This document shows positions 12,684 to 20,765 of a DNA stretch of 39,722 nucleotides, piece after piece. Numbering within the stretch: the first letter of the stretch is position 1; every line of letters begins with the position of its first letter. The DNA is taken from IMG/VR virus record IMGVR_UViG_3300009603_000006; one strand, 5' to 3'. The stretch comes from a virus. A program made the translations under genes and the position numbers. The notes under the pieces are model-generated. The model was not told the origin of the DNA and searched no databases. It was given only the letters and a program-made list of their open reading frames with translations.

Positions 12684-13633
12684 GCATTGAACTATTCGAC
12701 CGCCCGATCGCTTTCCAGCGCCCGTTTGTTGACCTGGGCATTGGGATCACCGGCGCCCTGATGCTCTCTCAATGCGTGTATTGGCATAGCCGCACCTCCG
12801 ATAAGCACGGGTGGTTCTACAAGAGCCAGGCCGACTGGGAGGAAGAGACCGGCATGACCCGACGTGAACAGGAGACCGCCCGCAAGCGCTTGCAGAAGGC
12901 CGGATTTCTGGAAGAAGCCCGCAAGGGTGTTCCTGCTCGCCTGTTCTACCGCGTGAACGTTGAGAAGCTGGAAGCCGCTCTGAAGGCACTGTCATCCAGT
13001 ATGGCGGAATCCGCCAATCAAGAATGTACAGGTAGTGCATCCAGTATGGCGGAAAGCGCCAATCAAGAATGCACGAAAGCGCCAAACAGTGCTGGCGGAA
13101 AGCGCCAATCTATTACAGAGATTACTACAGAGACTACCTCAGAGATTACGGCAGAAGGATTGTCCGGGCCTGATCGGCCGGACGCGCCCATGCCCCCTTC
13201 CAGCGAAACTGCTACCGAGCCAGAACGCCCAGACGCTGCCATTCAGAATGGCCGGTACTGGGGAACTCAAGACGACCTCAGCCTGGCGACGTGGATGTGG
13301 GATCGACTGGCTGAGCAACTTGGCCAGGACAAGCCCCGGGAGCCGAACCTTGCTCGCTGGGCCAACACCATCCGATTGATGCGTGAGCAGGACGGTCGGG
13401 AGCTGCGCCACATTCGCGCCCTGTACGACTGGTGCCGCCAGCACGAGTTTTGGTCTGCCAACGTGCAAAGCCCGGACAAGCTCCGCGAGAAGTGGTCCCA
13501 GCTGGCCCTTCAACGCAAATCTGAACGCCGGAAAGCCCCGGCCCAGACCGGACTGGACCGAGCGGCAGAGCTACGCCGCATTCACGAGCAACGCACTTCA
13601 GCCCACCAGGGGGTGACCTATGAACACCACTGA
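12680..13633 (+). CDS. Replication initiator (lambda O-like organiser) containing the putative origin
   Basis: The N-terminal wHTH-like segment is WFYKSQADWEEETGMTRREQETARKRLQKAGFLEE. The C-terminal segment is EFWSANVQSPDKLREKWSQL. Iterons lie inside the gene. The start has an ATGA overlap with the Rha-like gene. Confidence 0.7.
   Translation: MSIELFDRPIAFQRPFVDLGIGITGALMLSQCVYWHSRTSDKHGWFYKSQADWEEETGMTRREQETARKRLQKAGFLEEARKGVPARLFYRVNVEKLEAALKALSSSMAESANQECTGSASSMAESANQECTKAPNSAGGKRQSITEITTETTSEITAEGLSGPDRPDAPMPPSSETATEPERPDAAIQNGRYWGTQDDLSLATWMWDRLAEQLGQDKPREPNLARWANTIRLMREQDGRELRHIRALYDWCRQHEFWSANVQSPDKLREKWSQLALQRKSERRKAPAQTGLDRAAELRRIHEQRTSAHQGVTYEHH
12994..13149. repeat. Putative ori: four iterons GAAWSCGCCAAWC (13007, 13052, 13075, 13098) plus 3 x 12-bp tandem repeat (13114-13149)
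   Basis: The long form TGGCGGAAAGCGCCAATC has its own dyad (TGGCG/CGCCA). Iteron spacing is 45/23/23 bp. The adjacent tandem repeat is TACAGAGATTAC TACAGAGACTAC CTCAGAGATTAC. All lie inside the O-like gene, as in lambda. Confidence 0.6.
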
Positions 13634-14294
13634 TCTGGAAGCCTTCGGAGAAATGTGGACACAGACCCACGAGGTCTATGGCAAATGCCCGGAGCCCCGC
13701 GTGGTGTACATGGTGTTCCAGGCGCTGATCTCGTTCCCGCTCACGGACATCGAGCATGCGCTGTGCCGACATATCACCAATCCGGACACTGGCCAGTTCC
13801 CGCCGAAGCCGGCCGATATCGTTCGTTTGCTGCAGGGCAGTAGCCAGTCCGCCAGCAGCGAAGCCTGGGCAAAGGTAGACCGTGCCATTCGGTGTGTTGG
13901 TAACTACCGGTCCGTTGTCTTTGACGACCCGAAGATTCACGCGGCCATCGAGCGCCTGGGCGGTTGGCAGAAGGTAAGCATGACCGACGAGAAGGAATAT
14001 CCGTTCCTCCGGAACAATTTCCAGAAGCTTTACCAGGGCTTCACCGTCCAGCCGCCTGAGACGTTCCCGCGAAAACTCATCGGTACATGTGAGCACGAGA
14101 ACAGCCAGCACAGCGGCTTCAAGCGTGGGCGCCCACAGGACGAGCCGGTAATGATCGGCAACCCGGAGAAGGCCCGGCTGGTTTATCAGGGTGGTGGTGA
14201 CCTTGGGGTGGCGCAGATCCGGCAGTCGGGCACTCAGGCCTACCTGGAGAGCGCCATTGAAAAACAGGTCCAGCGCCTCGGGAGGTCTGCATGA
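13620..14294 (+). CDS. Lambda P-like replication protein (helicase loader)
   Basis: ...DTGQFPPKPADIVRLLQG parallels lambda P ...RPFLPSPGQFVAWC. The gene lies directly after the O-like gene with a 14-nt overlap. A GGGGGTGA RBS is present. Confidence 0.6.
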   Translation: MNTTDLEAFGEMWTQTHEVYGKCPEPRVVYMVFQALISFPLTDIEHALCRHITNPDTGQFPPKPADIVRLLQGSSQSASSEAWAKVDRAIRCVGNYRSVVFDDPKIHAAIERLGGWQKVSMTDEKEYPFLRNNFQKLYQGFTVQPPETFPRKLIGTCEHENSQHSGFKRGRPQDEPVMIGNPEKARLVYQGGGDLGVAQIRQSGTQAYLESAIEKQVQRLGRSA

Positions 14295-14410
14295 CCCAGC
14301 ACACCAATCCGCCAGCCTCTGGCGTAACCCACACCAAAACCAGCCGCAAGGAAGCGAAGGCTTTGCTGGCGGATCTCCGGAAGCAACTGACCGAAGGAAA
14401 GAGCAAGTGA
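14291..14410 (+). CDS. Unlisted 39-aa ORF (MTQHTNPPASGVTHTKTSRKEAKALLADLRKQLTEGKSK)
   Basis: A GGAGG RBS lies 5 nt upstream. There is an ATGA overlap with the P-like stop, and its own stop overlaps the next GTG (GTGA). Confidence 0.4.
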   Translation: MTQHTNPPASGVTHTKTSRKEAKALLADLRKQLTEGKSK

Positions 14411-14772
14411 TTGACCACCTGACCAAACTGAGAGCCCGCAACGCAGCCCAGGCCTACATGTACGGGGTGAAGATTCGCCAGGATGCCAACGAACTGTCCC
14501 CGGCCCGGCTGGCGGCGAAATTTGAAGTGAGCGTGCACGCGGTTAACCGGGCCATCGAAAATATGCCCACTGAGGCGCTATCGGCTGAAGAGTCTGCCCT
14601 GGTGCGGGCCTGCTACAGCGAGCACAAGTCCCTGGCAAACCGAGCCGAGCGACTGACTTTGAATGCGCTGGCCCGGCATTACCAGGTAACCGTGCCCGAT
14701 ATCCAGGTGGAGCTGGATCTGGCTGGATATGTGAGCCCTCACAGGCAGGGGCGCAAGGAGGTGGTGGCGTGA
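14407..14772 (+). CDS. Hypothetical protein with two HTH-like segments
   Basis: The start is trimmed to the GTG at 14407. LAAKFEVSVHAVNRAI and LARHYQVTVPDIQVEL are HTH-like. The listed upstream extension overlaps the P-like gene. Confidence 0.5.
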   Translation: MIDHLTKLRARNAAQAYMYGVKIRQDANELSPARLAAKFEVSVHAVNRAIENMPTEALSAEESALVRACYSEHKSLANRAERLTLNALARHYQVTVPDIQVELDLAGYVSPHRQGRKEVVA

Positions 14773-15071
14773 AGAAGAAGGCCGGGCCGGAGCTCGCCCC
14801 AAAGCGGCTGGAGACCACCCCATGCCCGGACTGTCATCGCGGCTTTATTCGGGGCGTATTCCACACCATGCCCTGTTTCACATGCTTCGGCGTTGGCCGG
14901 CTGCAGGATGGTGCCCCGCTCAAAGACGATGATGCAAAGCTGCTGCTGCGTATGGCCTGCAACGATCTGCAAGACGAAAACCGCCAGCTGCGGCGTCAGA
15001 TTGCTGAGCTGAAGTCTGGCGAAGCCGGTCGTGGTTATGGCGCTGGCGGATCACGGTATCACGGAGACTGA
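14769..15071 (+). CDS. Small zinc-finger protein (DnaJ-type CxxCxG repeats) with coiled coil
   Basis: CPDCHRGFIRG...CFTCFGVGRL is present. The GTG start overlaps the upstream stop. Confidence 0.55.
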   Translation: MKKKAGPELAPKRLETTPCPDCHRGFIRGVFHTMPCFTCFGVGRLQDGAPLKDDDAKLLLRMACNDLQDENRQLRRQIAELKSGEAGRGYGAGGSRYHGD

Positions 15072-15076
15072 CTGAC

Positions 15077-15415
15077 ATGCTGAAGAAACCGACACCTATT
15101 CGCTCAAACCACATCCGGAACGCTGCTCGGGGCCAGGCCTGCACCCTGCAGATCGTTGGCGTCTGTAACGGTGACTGGTCGACAACTGTGCTGGCCCACC
15201 TGCAAGACGAGAGCCACGGCATTGCCCGCAAGGCTGACGACCTGAGCGCGTGCTTTGCGTGTGATGCCTGCCATTCGGTTATCGATGGCCGGATGAAGTG
15301 GCCGCCCGGGGAGCGGGAATATAAAGACTGGTACCTACGCCGGGCGCAGATGCGCACCTGGCGGGAGCTGTTCGAGCTGGGCGTTATCACTATCAAGGGG
15401 GCAAAAGCGGCATGA
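15077..15415 (+). CDS. YbcO/DUF1364-like putative nuclease (nin-region protein)
   Basis: ACTLQIVGVCNGDWSTTVLAHL...HGIARKADDLSACFACDACHSVIDGR matches the remembered DUF1364 Cys/His pattern. Confidence 0.55.
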   Translation: MLKKPTPIRSNHIRNAARGQACTLQIVGVCNGDWSTTVLAHLQDESHGIARKADDLSACFACDACHSVIDGRMKWPPGEREYKDWYLRRAQMRTWRELFELGVITIKGAKAA

Positions 15416-15753
15416 CATCACGAATCGACGTTATTGGCACCTATGGAAACGATGGAGCCCACTATGACCAGGGCGTCAAACACGACAGCACCAAGCCCCG
15501 TATGGACCTGATACCGCCACTGATGGAGATGGAGGTGTCCCGGGTGCTGACGTTCGGGGCTGATAAGTATGGGCCGGACAACTGGCGCAAGGTGCCGGAT
15601 CTCCGTCGGCGGTATATCGCCGCGGCAAAGCGCCATATCAATGCGCTGCAGCAGGGCGAAGAGCGAGACCCGGAGAGCGGCCTGCACCATGCCGCACATG
15701 CCGTGTGCTGTTTGATGTTCATTGGCGAAGTTGATCTGGAGTACGGCCATTGA
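15412..15753 (+). CDS. DUF5664 / dATP-dGTP diphosphohydrolase N-terminal-like domain protein
   Basis: HDSTKPRMDLIPPLMEMEVSRVLTFGADKYGPDNWRK...RHINALQQGEERDPESGLHHAAHAVCCLMF matches the remembered family pattern. Confidence 0.6.
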   Translation: MTSRIDVIGTYGNDGAHYDQGVKHDSTKPRMDLIPPLMEMEVSRVLTFGADKYGPDNWRKVPDLRRRYIAAAKRHINALQQGEERDPESGLHHAAHAVCCLMFIGEVDLEYGH

Positions 15754-16016
15754 TCCAGCTCACCGCCATAGTGGATGGCAAGCGCTCGGTGATGCTAACC
15801 GGTGAGAGCATCGAGGAGGCGGAGCGCAGCTGCCGGGATAGGTTTGGAGCGAGGTTCGAGGGCTTCGGGCCGATACCGACAGAGACAAAGGCGCGGGCCA
15901 AGTGGGCGGAGTATCGGGCCAAGGCGATTACCAGGGACGAACTGGAGGCGTGGCTGAAGGATCAGGATGATGAACAGGAGATCAGGGCGATGTTCAACAG
16001 TATGCGGGGGAAGTGA
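15750..16016 (+). CDS. Hypothetical small protein
   Basis: 88 aa. The TTG start overlaps the upstream stop. Confidence 0.5.
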   Translation: MIQLTAIVDGKRSVMLTGESIEEAERSCRDRFGARFEGFGPIPTETKARAKWAEYRAKAITRDELEAWLKDQDDEQEIRAMFNSMRGK

Positions 16017-16528
16017 TGGCAGAGCAGAACAAAAGAACGGCGGCACAGATTCGGGCCAGGGAGGCCGCCCAGCGGGAAGTAGATCGCGCCATAGCTTACT
16101 TGCAGGGGCTGGATACTATCGACCAGATCGCACACCAGGGCCGGAGCATCATGGGTATGTGGGCTGATTTCGAGGGCAAGCCGCCTTCTGGTTCTGGCTT
16201 TAGCGGGTTCTGCCTGCTGGCGGACAAGCTGGAGAAGATCCGGATGCGGAACATGCCGGAGGAATTCGCCCGGGCTTATGAGCGGTTAAGCTCGATGAGC
16301 AAGAAGTGCCCCCTGTTCGTCGAAGCCCTGGTGGTTGACCGCTTTTATCGGGGCCGCACGAAAGTGGCCGTCGATCCTTTCACCGAGCAGCGTTATGAAA
16401 TCCACTGGAATGATGCTGCCTGTGCGCAGCTGATAGGCTGCACTGCGAAGGTGTTCCAGCGCCGTGTGACGAAGGGCTACAGCCAGCTGGAATGCCGGCT
16501 GGGGTTCTCCGAAGCCTGCGCGGCTTGA
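16016..16528 (+). CDS. Putative late-gene regulator (Q-like antiterminator by position; C-terminal sigma-region-4-like HTH)
   Basis: It is the last gene before a strong promoter plus two terminators and the lysis/structural genes. The C-terminal ...AACAQLIGCTAKVFQRRVTKGYSQLECRL is HTH-like. Confidence 0.4.
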   Translation: MAEQNKRTAAQIRAREAAQREVDRAIAYLQGLDTIDQIAHQGRSIMGMWADFEGKPPSGSGFSGFCLLADKLEKIRMRNMPEEFARAYERLSSMSKKCPLFVEALVVDRFYRGRTKVAVDPFTEQRYEIHWNDAACAQLIGCTAKVFQRRVTKGYSQLECRLGFSEACAA

Positions 16529-16534
16529 TGGGGG

Positions 16535-16562
16535 TTGACTTCAGGGGTCCAGAGACTACACT
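16535..16562 (+). promoter_or_regulatory. Late promoter (PR'-like): TTGACT-16 nt-TACACT
   Basis: Near-consensus hexamers lie 7 nt after the Q-like stop. The first terminator is about 30 nt downstream of the predicted start. Confidence 0.6.
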
Positions 16563-16594
16563 GTTTGCTAACTGGTCGAAATGACCCCAAATGA

Positions 16595-16627
16595 AACCGC
16601 CCTCCCCTCGGAGCTGGCGGTTTTTTT
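16595..16627 (+). terminator. tR'-like intrinsic terminator 1
   Basis: Stems CCGCC/GGCGG and CTCC/GGAG (loop CCTC) are followed by TTTTTTT. Confidence 0.8.
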
Positions 16628-16684
16628 GTGCCTGAAACACGGCCCCGATCCTGTCTTACGACTTGCTGAGGGGTTCTCTATACG

Positions 16685-16722
16685 ACCCCGGCCTCTGCTC
16701 TGCACGCCGGGGTTTTTATTTT
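16685..16722 (+). terminator. Intrinsic terminator 2, immediately upstream of the endolysin gene
   Basis: Stem ACCCCGGC/GCCGGGGT with a 13-nt loop, followed by TTTTTATTTT. Confidence 0.75.
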
Positions 16723-16740
16723 CCAGATGCCGAGACTGCC

Positions 16741-17154
16741 ATGGACCGCACCCTGCTGAAATCACAACTCGAACGGCATGAAGGCCTGCGCCTAAAGCCG
16801 TACCGGGACACCGTGGGCAAGCTGACCGTGGGCTATGGCCGGAATCTGGACGATGTGGGGATCAGCCGCGATGAAGCCGGATTCATGCTCGACAACGATA
16901 TCGACGAGGTGGAGAAGCACCTGCGAACGGTCGATGAGTACAACGAACTTAGCCCTGTGCGCCAGACCGTTCTGGCAAATATGTGCTTCAACTTGGGCTT
17001 TTACGGACTGATGAGCTTTCGGCGGATGTGGAAAGCCATCGCTCGAAAGGATTACAGCGGCGCCGCACAGGAGATGCTCGACAGCCAGTGGTCTCGTCAA
17101 GTTGGATATCGTGCCGATGAACTCGCCCAGATTATGCGTTCGGGCGAGGTGTGA
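16741..17154 (+). CDS. Endolysin, T4-type lysozyme (GH24)
   Basis: LERHEGLRLKPYRDTVGKLTVGYGRNL contains the E-D-T catalytic triad context of GH24 lysozymes. No N-terminal SAR/TM segment is present. The start is trimmed to the ATG at 16741, downstream of terminator 2. Confidence 0.88.
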   Translation: MDRTLLKSQLERHEGLRLKPYRDTVGKLTVGYGRNLDDVGISRDEAGFMLDNDIDEVEKHLRTVDEYNELSPVRQTVLANMCFNLGFYGLMSFRRMWKAIARKDYSGAAQEMLDSQWSRQVGYRADELAQIMRSGEV

Positions 17155-17432
17155 CGGTGGAAGAGATGGATCGTCGTGGCTGGCACCTGGATAAGAGTGT
17201 TTCGATTGCTCACATAGGCACAACACTCACCCTGATTCTGGCTGCGCTCTGGTATCTGGCCGGGCAAGACACTCGCATCAGCAACCTGGAGCTGAACATC
17301 AAGCACCTCCAGTCGGAAAGGCTGGCGGACCAGGGCCGCACCGAGAAGAAGTTCGACGAGCTGAAAACCGACCTGCGAATGATTAACACAAAGCTGGATC
17401 GTTTAATCGAGAGTCAGGTCCGTGAGCGATAG
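17151..17432 (+). CDS. Holin-like membrane protein (1 TM + coiled coil)
   Basis: The TM segment is IAHIGTTLTLILAALWYLAG. There is a GTGA overlap with the endolysin stop. Confidence 0.5.
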   Translation: MTVEEMDRRGWHLDKSVSIAHIGTTLTLILAALWYLAGQDTRISNLELNIKHLQSERLADQGRTEKKFDELKTDLRMINTKLDRLIESQVRER

Positions 17433-17637
17433 CCACCCCAACCCAAACCAGTGGTGGTATCACCGCCGCCTGATGGCCTATTTCAGCCTGGCCTGCCTGG
17501 CGGCTCTGCTGCTGGGCATGTTCGGGGGCCGCGTCTCTGAAACCATGATGCCGTTGGCGCAAACGCTGGCCTGGGTGTTCAGCGTCAACCTTCTGTACTA
17601 CTACGGCGGCAATGCCGTGGTGGAGTGGCGCAAGTGA
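17422..17637 (+). CDS. Holin/antiholin-like membrane protein (2 TM)
   Basis: The TM segments are LMAYFSLACLAALLLGMFGG and LAQTLAWVFSVNLLYYYG. 71 aa, within the lysis cassette. Confidence 0.5.
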   Translation: MSDSHPNPNQWWYHRRLMAYFSLACLAALLLGMFGGRVSETMMPLAQTLAWVFSVNLLYYYGGNAVVEWRK

Positions 17638-17990
17638 TCCCTTACGCCAAGCCCGCCCTCATTGCTGCAGTCGTGGCCGCTATCGGCACAGGCGGCTGGC
17701 TGGCCCGTGGCTGGTTTGAGGACAGCAAAGACCTAGCCGCCGTAGAGGCTCAGCAAGCCCTGGCTGCCGAGATACGCGAAGGTCAGGCCGAGATATCAAA
17801 ACAGGTTGAGCAGCGACTCAGTGAGCTGAGAGCCAATGAGCGCATCATTGATCGTGGGGTTATCCGTGAGATCCAGAAGCCGATTTATCAGCGCGTGTGT
17901 TTTGAGCCTGAGCTTGTCCGGCTGCTTAACGATGCCCAGCGTGGAGATACCAGCCAACCTGCTGGTGAAGTGTCCCGCCCAGCTCCCTGA
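17625..17990 (+). CDS. Rz-like inner-membrane spanin (i-spanin)
   Basis: The N-terminal TM is PALIAAVVAAIGTGGWLA, followed by a coiled coil. An alternative GTG start lies at 17634 (GTGA overlap). Confidence 0.65.
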   Translation: MAQVIPYAKPALIAAVVAAIGTGGWLARGWFEDSKDLAAVEAQQALAAEIREGQAEISKQVEQRLSELRANERIIDRGVIREIQKPIYQRVCFEPELVRLLNDAQRGDTSQPAGEVSRPAP

Positions 17991-18108
17991 GTTCAGGGAC
18001 GGCCAGGCAGACACCACAGCAACAGTCATAACCGAAACCGCCAGCATCTACCACGACTGTGCCACCAGGCAGCGCGGGTTGGTGGATGCAGTGGCAGAGT
18101 ATCAGTAA
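17836..18108 (+). CDS. Rz1-like outer-membrane lipoprotein spanin (o-spanin), overlapping the Rz-like gene in another frame
   Basis: The signal peptide and lipobox are RSRSRFISACVLSLSLSG|C. The gene starts inside the Rz-like gene and extends 118 nt beyond it. A shorter GTG start at 17866 is possible. Confidence 0.6.
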   Translation: MSASLIVGLSVRSRSRFISACVLSLSLSGCLTMPSVEIPANLLVKCPAQLPEFRDGQADTTATVITETASIYHDCATRQRGLVDAVAEYQ

Positions 18109-18488
18109 TGCCTCGCCGTCCACTCAAGCCCTGCGCAGCCGCTGGTTGCAACGAACTGCTCCGAGGGCAGAACTACTGCAGCAAGCACCAGCCAGCTCCG
18201 AGGCAGTACAACCGAGCCAAGGAACGGGAGCGAGGCAGCAGCACACAACGTGGCTATGGCTACAAGTGGCGCCAGGCCCGGCGTGATTGGCTGATGGCCA
18301 GCCCGCTTTGCGTTGAGTGCAAGAAGCATGGGCGCACAACAGCGGCAACAGATGTTGATCACATCATCCCCCACAGGGGCGATCAGAAGCTGTTCTGGCG
18401 GCGCTCGAACTGGCAGTCACTCTGCCGGTCGTGCCACTCGCGAAAGACTGCGAGAGAGGACGGTGGGTTCGGCAACGGTCGCGGATGA
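18108..18488 (+). CDS. HNH endonuclease (terminase-associated)
   Basis: CVECKKHGRTTAATDVDHIIPHRGD...NWQSLCRSCHSRKT is an HNH core with a Cys4 zinc site. It lies immediately upstream of the terminase genes. Confidence 0.88.
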   Translation: MPRRPLKPCAAAGCNELLRGQNYCSKHQPAPRQYNRAKERERGSSTQRGYGYKWRQARRDWLMASPLCVECKKHGRTTAATDVDHIIPHRGDQKLFWRRSNWQSLCRSCHSRKTAREDGGFGNGRG

Positions 18489-18593
18489 GGACCGGGGGGG
18501 TGGTCAAATCTCTACAGCAATTTTGAACTCGACCGCGTGCCTTAGCCAGATTTTTATGCGTGAGAAATAACGAACTTTTTCCGGAGGGGCCAG
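18489..18593. other. Putative cos/packaging-site region
   Basis: This 105-bp intergenic region between HNH and the small terminase includes a run of Gs and an AT-richer tract. The position is typical for cos in HNH-P27-terminase phages. Confidence 0.35.
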
Positions 18594-19043
18594 TTGACCA
18601 ACTCAGCACCGGTTCGCGCCTCCGGCGGAGGGCGCAAGCGCAAGACACAAACCGAGCATAAAAGCTCCCTGACTCGCATCGCGCCGCCTGATGAATTGAT
18701 CGACGACATCGCGGTTCGGGTTTGGAAAACCCAGTCAAAGATTCTTATCGAGAGGGGTACCTTCGAAGTCGAGGACGCCCCGCTGCTGATCGCCTACTGC
18801 AATTCATTCGCCTACATGCTGCAGGCCGATGAAAGGATCGGCGTCCAGGGCATGGTTGTGGATACAGCCGACGGCAGTATCAAGAAAAGCCCTTACGTGA
18901 ATGTGCGCAATGACTGCATCGCGCAGTTGACCCGCACCGGCTCACTCCTTGGCCTGGACCCGCTCACCCGAATAAGGATGCTTGGTGGTGGTTCTGGCAA
19001 CGATGACGGAAACAGCGGGGGCAACGAGTTCGACGAGTTCTAA
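18594..19043 (+). CDS. Terminase small subunit, P27 family-like
   Basis: ...DAPLLIAYCNSFAYMLQADERI...KKSPYVNVRNDCIAQLTRTGSLLGLDPLTR matches the remembered P27-family pattern. The TTG start has a GGAGGGG RBS. Confidence 0.7.
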   Translation: MTNSAPVRASGGGRKRKTQTEHKSSLTRIAPPDELIDDIAVRVWKTQSKILIERGTFEVEDAPLLIAYCNSFAYMLQADERIGVQGMVVDTADGSIKKSPYVNVRNDCIAQLTRTGSLLGLDPLTRIRMLGGGSGNDDGNSGGNEFDEF

Positions 19044-19046
19044 CCT

Positions 19047-20765
19047 ATGAGCGCCTACCCGAATGTGAACGCGGCGCAGAAGTACGCCCGCGACGTGGTA
19101 GGTGGCCGGATCGTCGCCTGCAACTACGTGAAGGCAGCTTGTGCCCGACACCTCAATGACCTGAAAGCCGCGAAGGCAAAAAGCTACCCCTACCGGTTCG
19201 ACAGGGATCGCGCCGAACGGGTGTGCAAGTTTATTGGCCTGATGCCCCACACCAAGGGGGAATGGGCCCAAAAAAAAGAACGGGTGAAGCTTGAGCCCTG
19301 GCAGCAGTTCATCTTCTCGATTGCCTTTGGATGGGTCAGGAAGGCCGACAAGACCCGGCGGTTTCGTGAAGTTTATGTTGAGGTGCCCAGAAAAAACGGA
19401 AAGAGCCTGATAGCGGCCGGCGCGGGAGTCTACGCATTCTGCGCCGATAATGAGTTTGGGGCCGAGGTCTACTGTGGGGCGGGCAGCCTGAAGCAGGCTG
19501 ACGAGGTATTCAAGCCTGCGAAGAAGATGGTCAGCAAGCTTCCTTCACTGCGAAAGAAGTTTGGCATTGTTACCTGGTCAAAGAAGCTGGAAAGGCCAGA
19601 TGGCAGCGTTTTCGAACCAGTAATCGGCAACCCTGGCGACGGTGCCAGCCCATCTTTTGCAATAGTCGACGAATACCACGAGCACCCCGATTCCAGGCTG
19701 TACGACACCATGCAAACCGGCATGGGCGCCCGGAACCAGCCGATGATGTGGGTTATCACCACGGCTGGCTTCGATATCGCAGGCCCCTGCTACGAAATGC
19801 GGGAACGCGCCATCGAGATGCTGGAAGGTACCAGCCAGGATGACGAGCTGTTCGCCACCGTTTACACGATCGACCCGGGTGACGACTGGACAACCGACGA
19901 AGCCATCCTCAAGGCCAACCCCAATGCCGGCGTTTCGGTCAAGCTTGCGTACCTTAAAAGCCAGCGCGACCAGGCAGTGTCCCGCGCAAGACTGGCCAAC
20001 AAGTACAAAACCAAGCACCTCAACGTGTGGGTTTCCTCGAAAGAGGGATTCTTCAACATGGAGGACTGGAAGGCCTGCGAGGACCGGTCGCTAACCGTCG
20101 ATCAGTTCCGTGGCGAAGACTGCATTCTCGCGTTTGACCTTGCCCGCAAGCTGGACATGAACTCCATGGCCCGGCTGTTCCGGAAAGTGATCGATGGCAA
20201 AACGCATTACTACAGCGTGGGGCCTCGATTCTGGGTACCGGAAGATACCGCCTTCGATAACGAGGACCGCCGGATCAGCGAGCGGTTCCAGGGCTGGATT
20301 GAGTCGAAGCACCTGGACGCGACGGACGGCAGCGAGGTGGATTACCGGGAAATTCTGGAATGCGCCAAGGAAGCGAACCTTGAGACGCCAGCCCAGGAGT
20401 GCCCGATCGACCCGCACGGCGCCACCAACCTTTCGCACCAGCTGGACGATGAGGGCCTGAACCCGATCACCATCGTTCAGAACTACACCAACATGTCGGA
20501 CCCTATGAAGGAGCTGGAAGCTGCGATCGTCTCCGGCCGGTTCCACCATGACGGCCACCCGATCATGACCTGGTGTGTTGGCAACGTGGTTGGCAAGTAC
20601 CTGCCCGGCAACGACGACGTGGTTCGTCCCATTAAGCAAGGCGACCACAACAAGATTGACGGCGCGGTGGCGCTAATCATGGCCATTGGCCGCGCACTGG
20701 CTCACGCCCAAGTAGGCGAGAGCGTGCTCGACACCCTCTCCGACGACGACATTCTGGTGATGTGA
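19047..20765 (+). CDS. Terminase large subunit (Terminase_1/HK97-type)
   Basis: 572 aa. [28 protein letters not shown] and Walker-A-like [14 protein letters not shown] are present, and the C-terminal nuclease region ends ...[10 protein letters not shown]. Confidence 0.9.
   Translation: MSAYPNVNAAQKYARDVVGGRIVACNYVKAACARHLNDLKAAKAKSYPYRFDRDRAERVCKFIGLMPHTKGEWAQKKERVKLEPWQQFIFSIAFGWVRKADKTRRFREVYVEVPRKNGKSLIAAGAGVYAFCADNEFGAEVYCGAGSLKQADEVFKPAKKMVSKLPSLRKKFGIVTWSKKLERPDGSVFEPVIGNPGDGASPSFAIVDEYHEHPDSRLYDTMQTGMGARNQPMMWVITTAGFDIAGPCYEMRERAIEMLEGTSQDDELFATVYTIDPGDDWTTDEAILKANPNAGVSVKLAYLKSQRDQAVSRARLANKYKTKHLNVWVSSKEGFFNMEDWKACEDRSLTVDQFRGEDCILAFDLARKLDMNSMARLFRKVIDGKTHYYSVGPRFWVPEDTAFDNEDRRISERFQGWIESKHLDATDGSEVDYREILECAKEANLETPAQECPIDPHGATNLSHQLDDEGLNPITIVQNYTNMSDPMKELEAAIVSGRFHHDGHPIMTWCVGNVVGKYLPGNDDVVRPIKQGDHNKIDGAVALIMAIGRALAHAQVGESVLDTLSDDDILVM

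Noticed and set aside
13278-14441. 387-aa minus-strand ORF antisense to the O-like/P-like genes. Similar long antisense ORFs occur at 22671-24020, 25749-26885, 27779-29110, 32863-33876, 36238-37089 and 36621-37421.
   Set aside because: These are high-GC shadow ORFs. Their translations are Arg/Gly/Pro/Ala/His-rich with no motifs or RBS context. Each lies opposite a plus-strand gene with clear family signatures (replication, capsid, tail, tape measure) and operon coupling.
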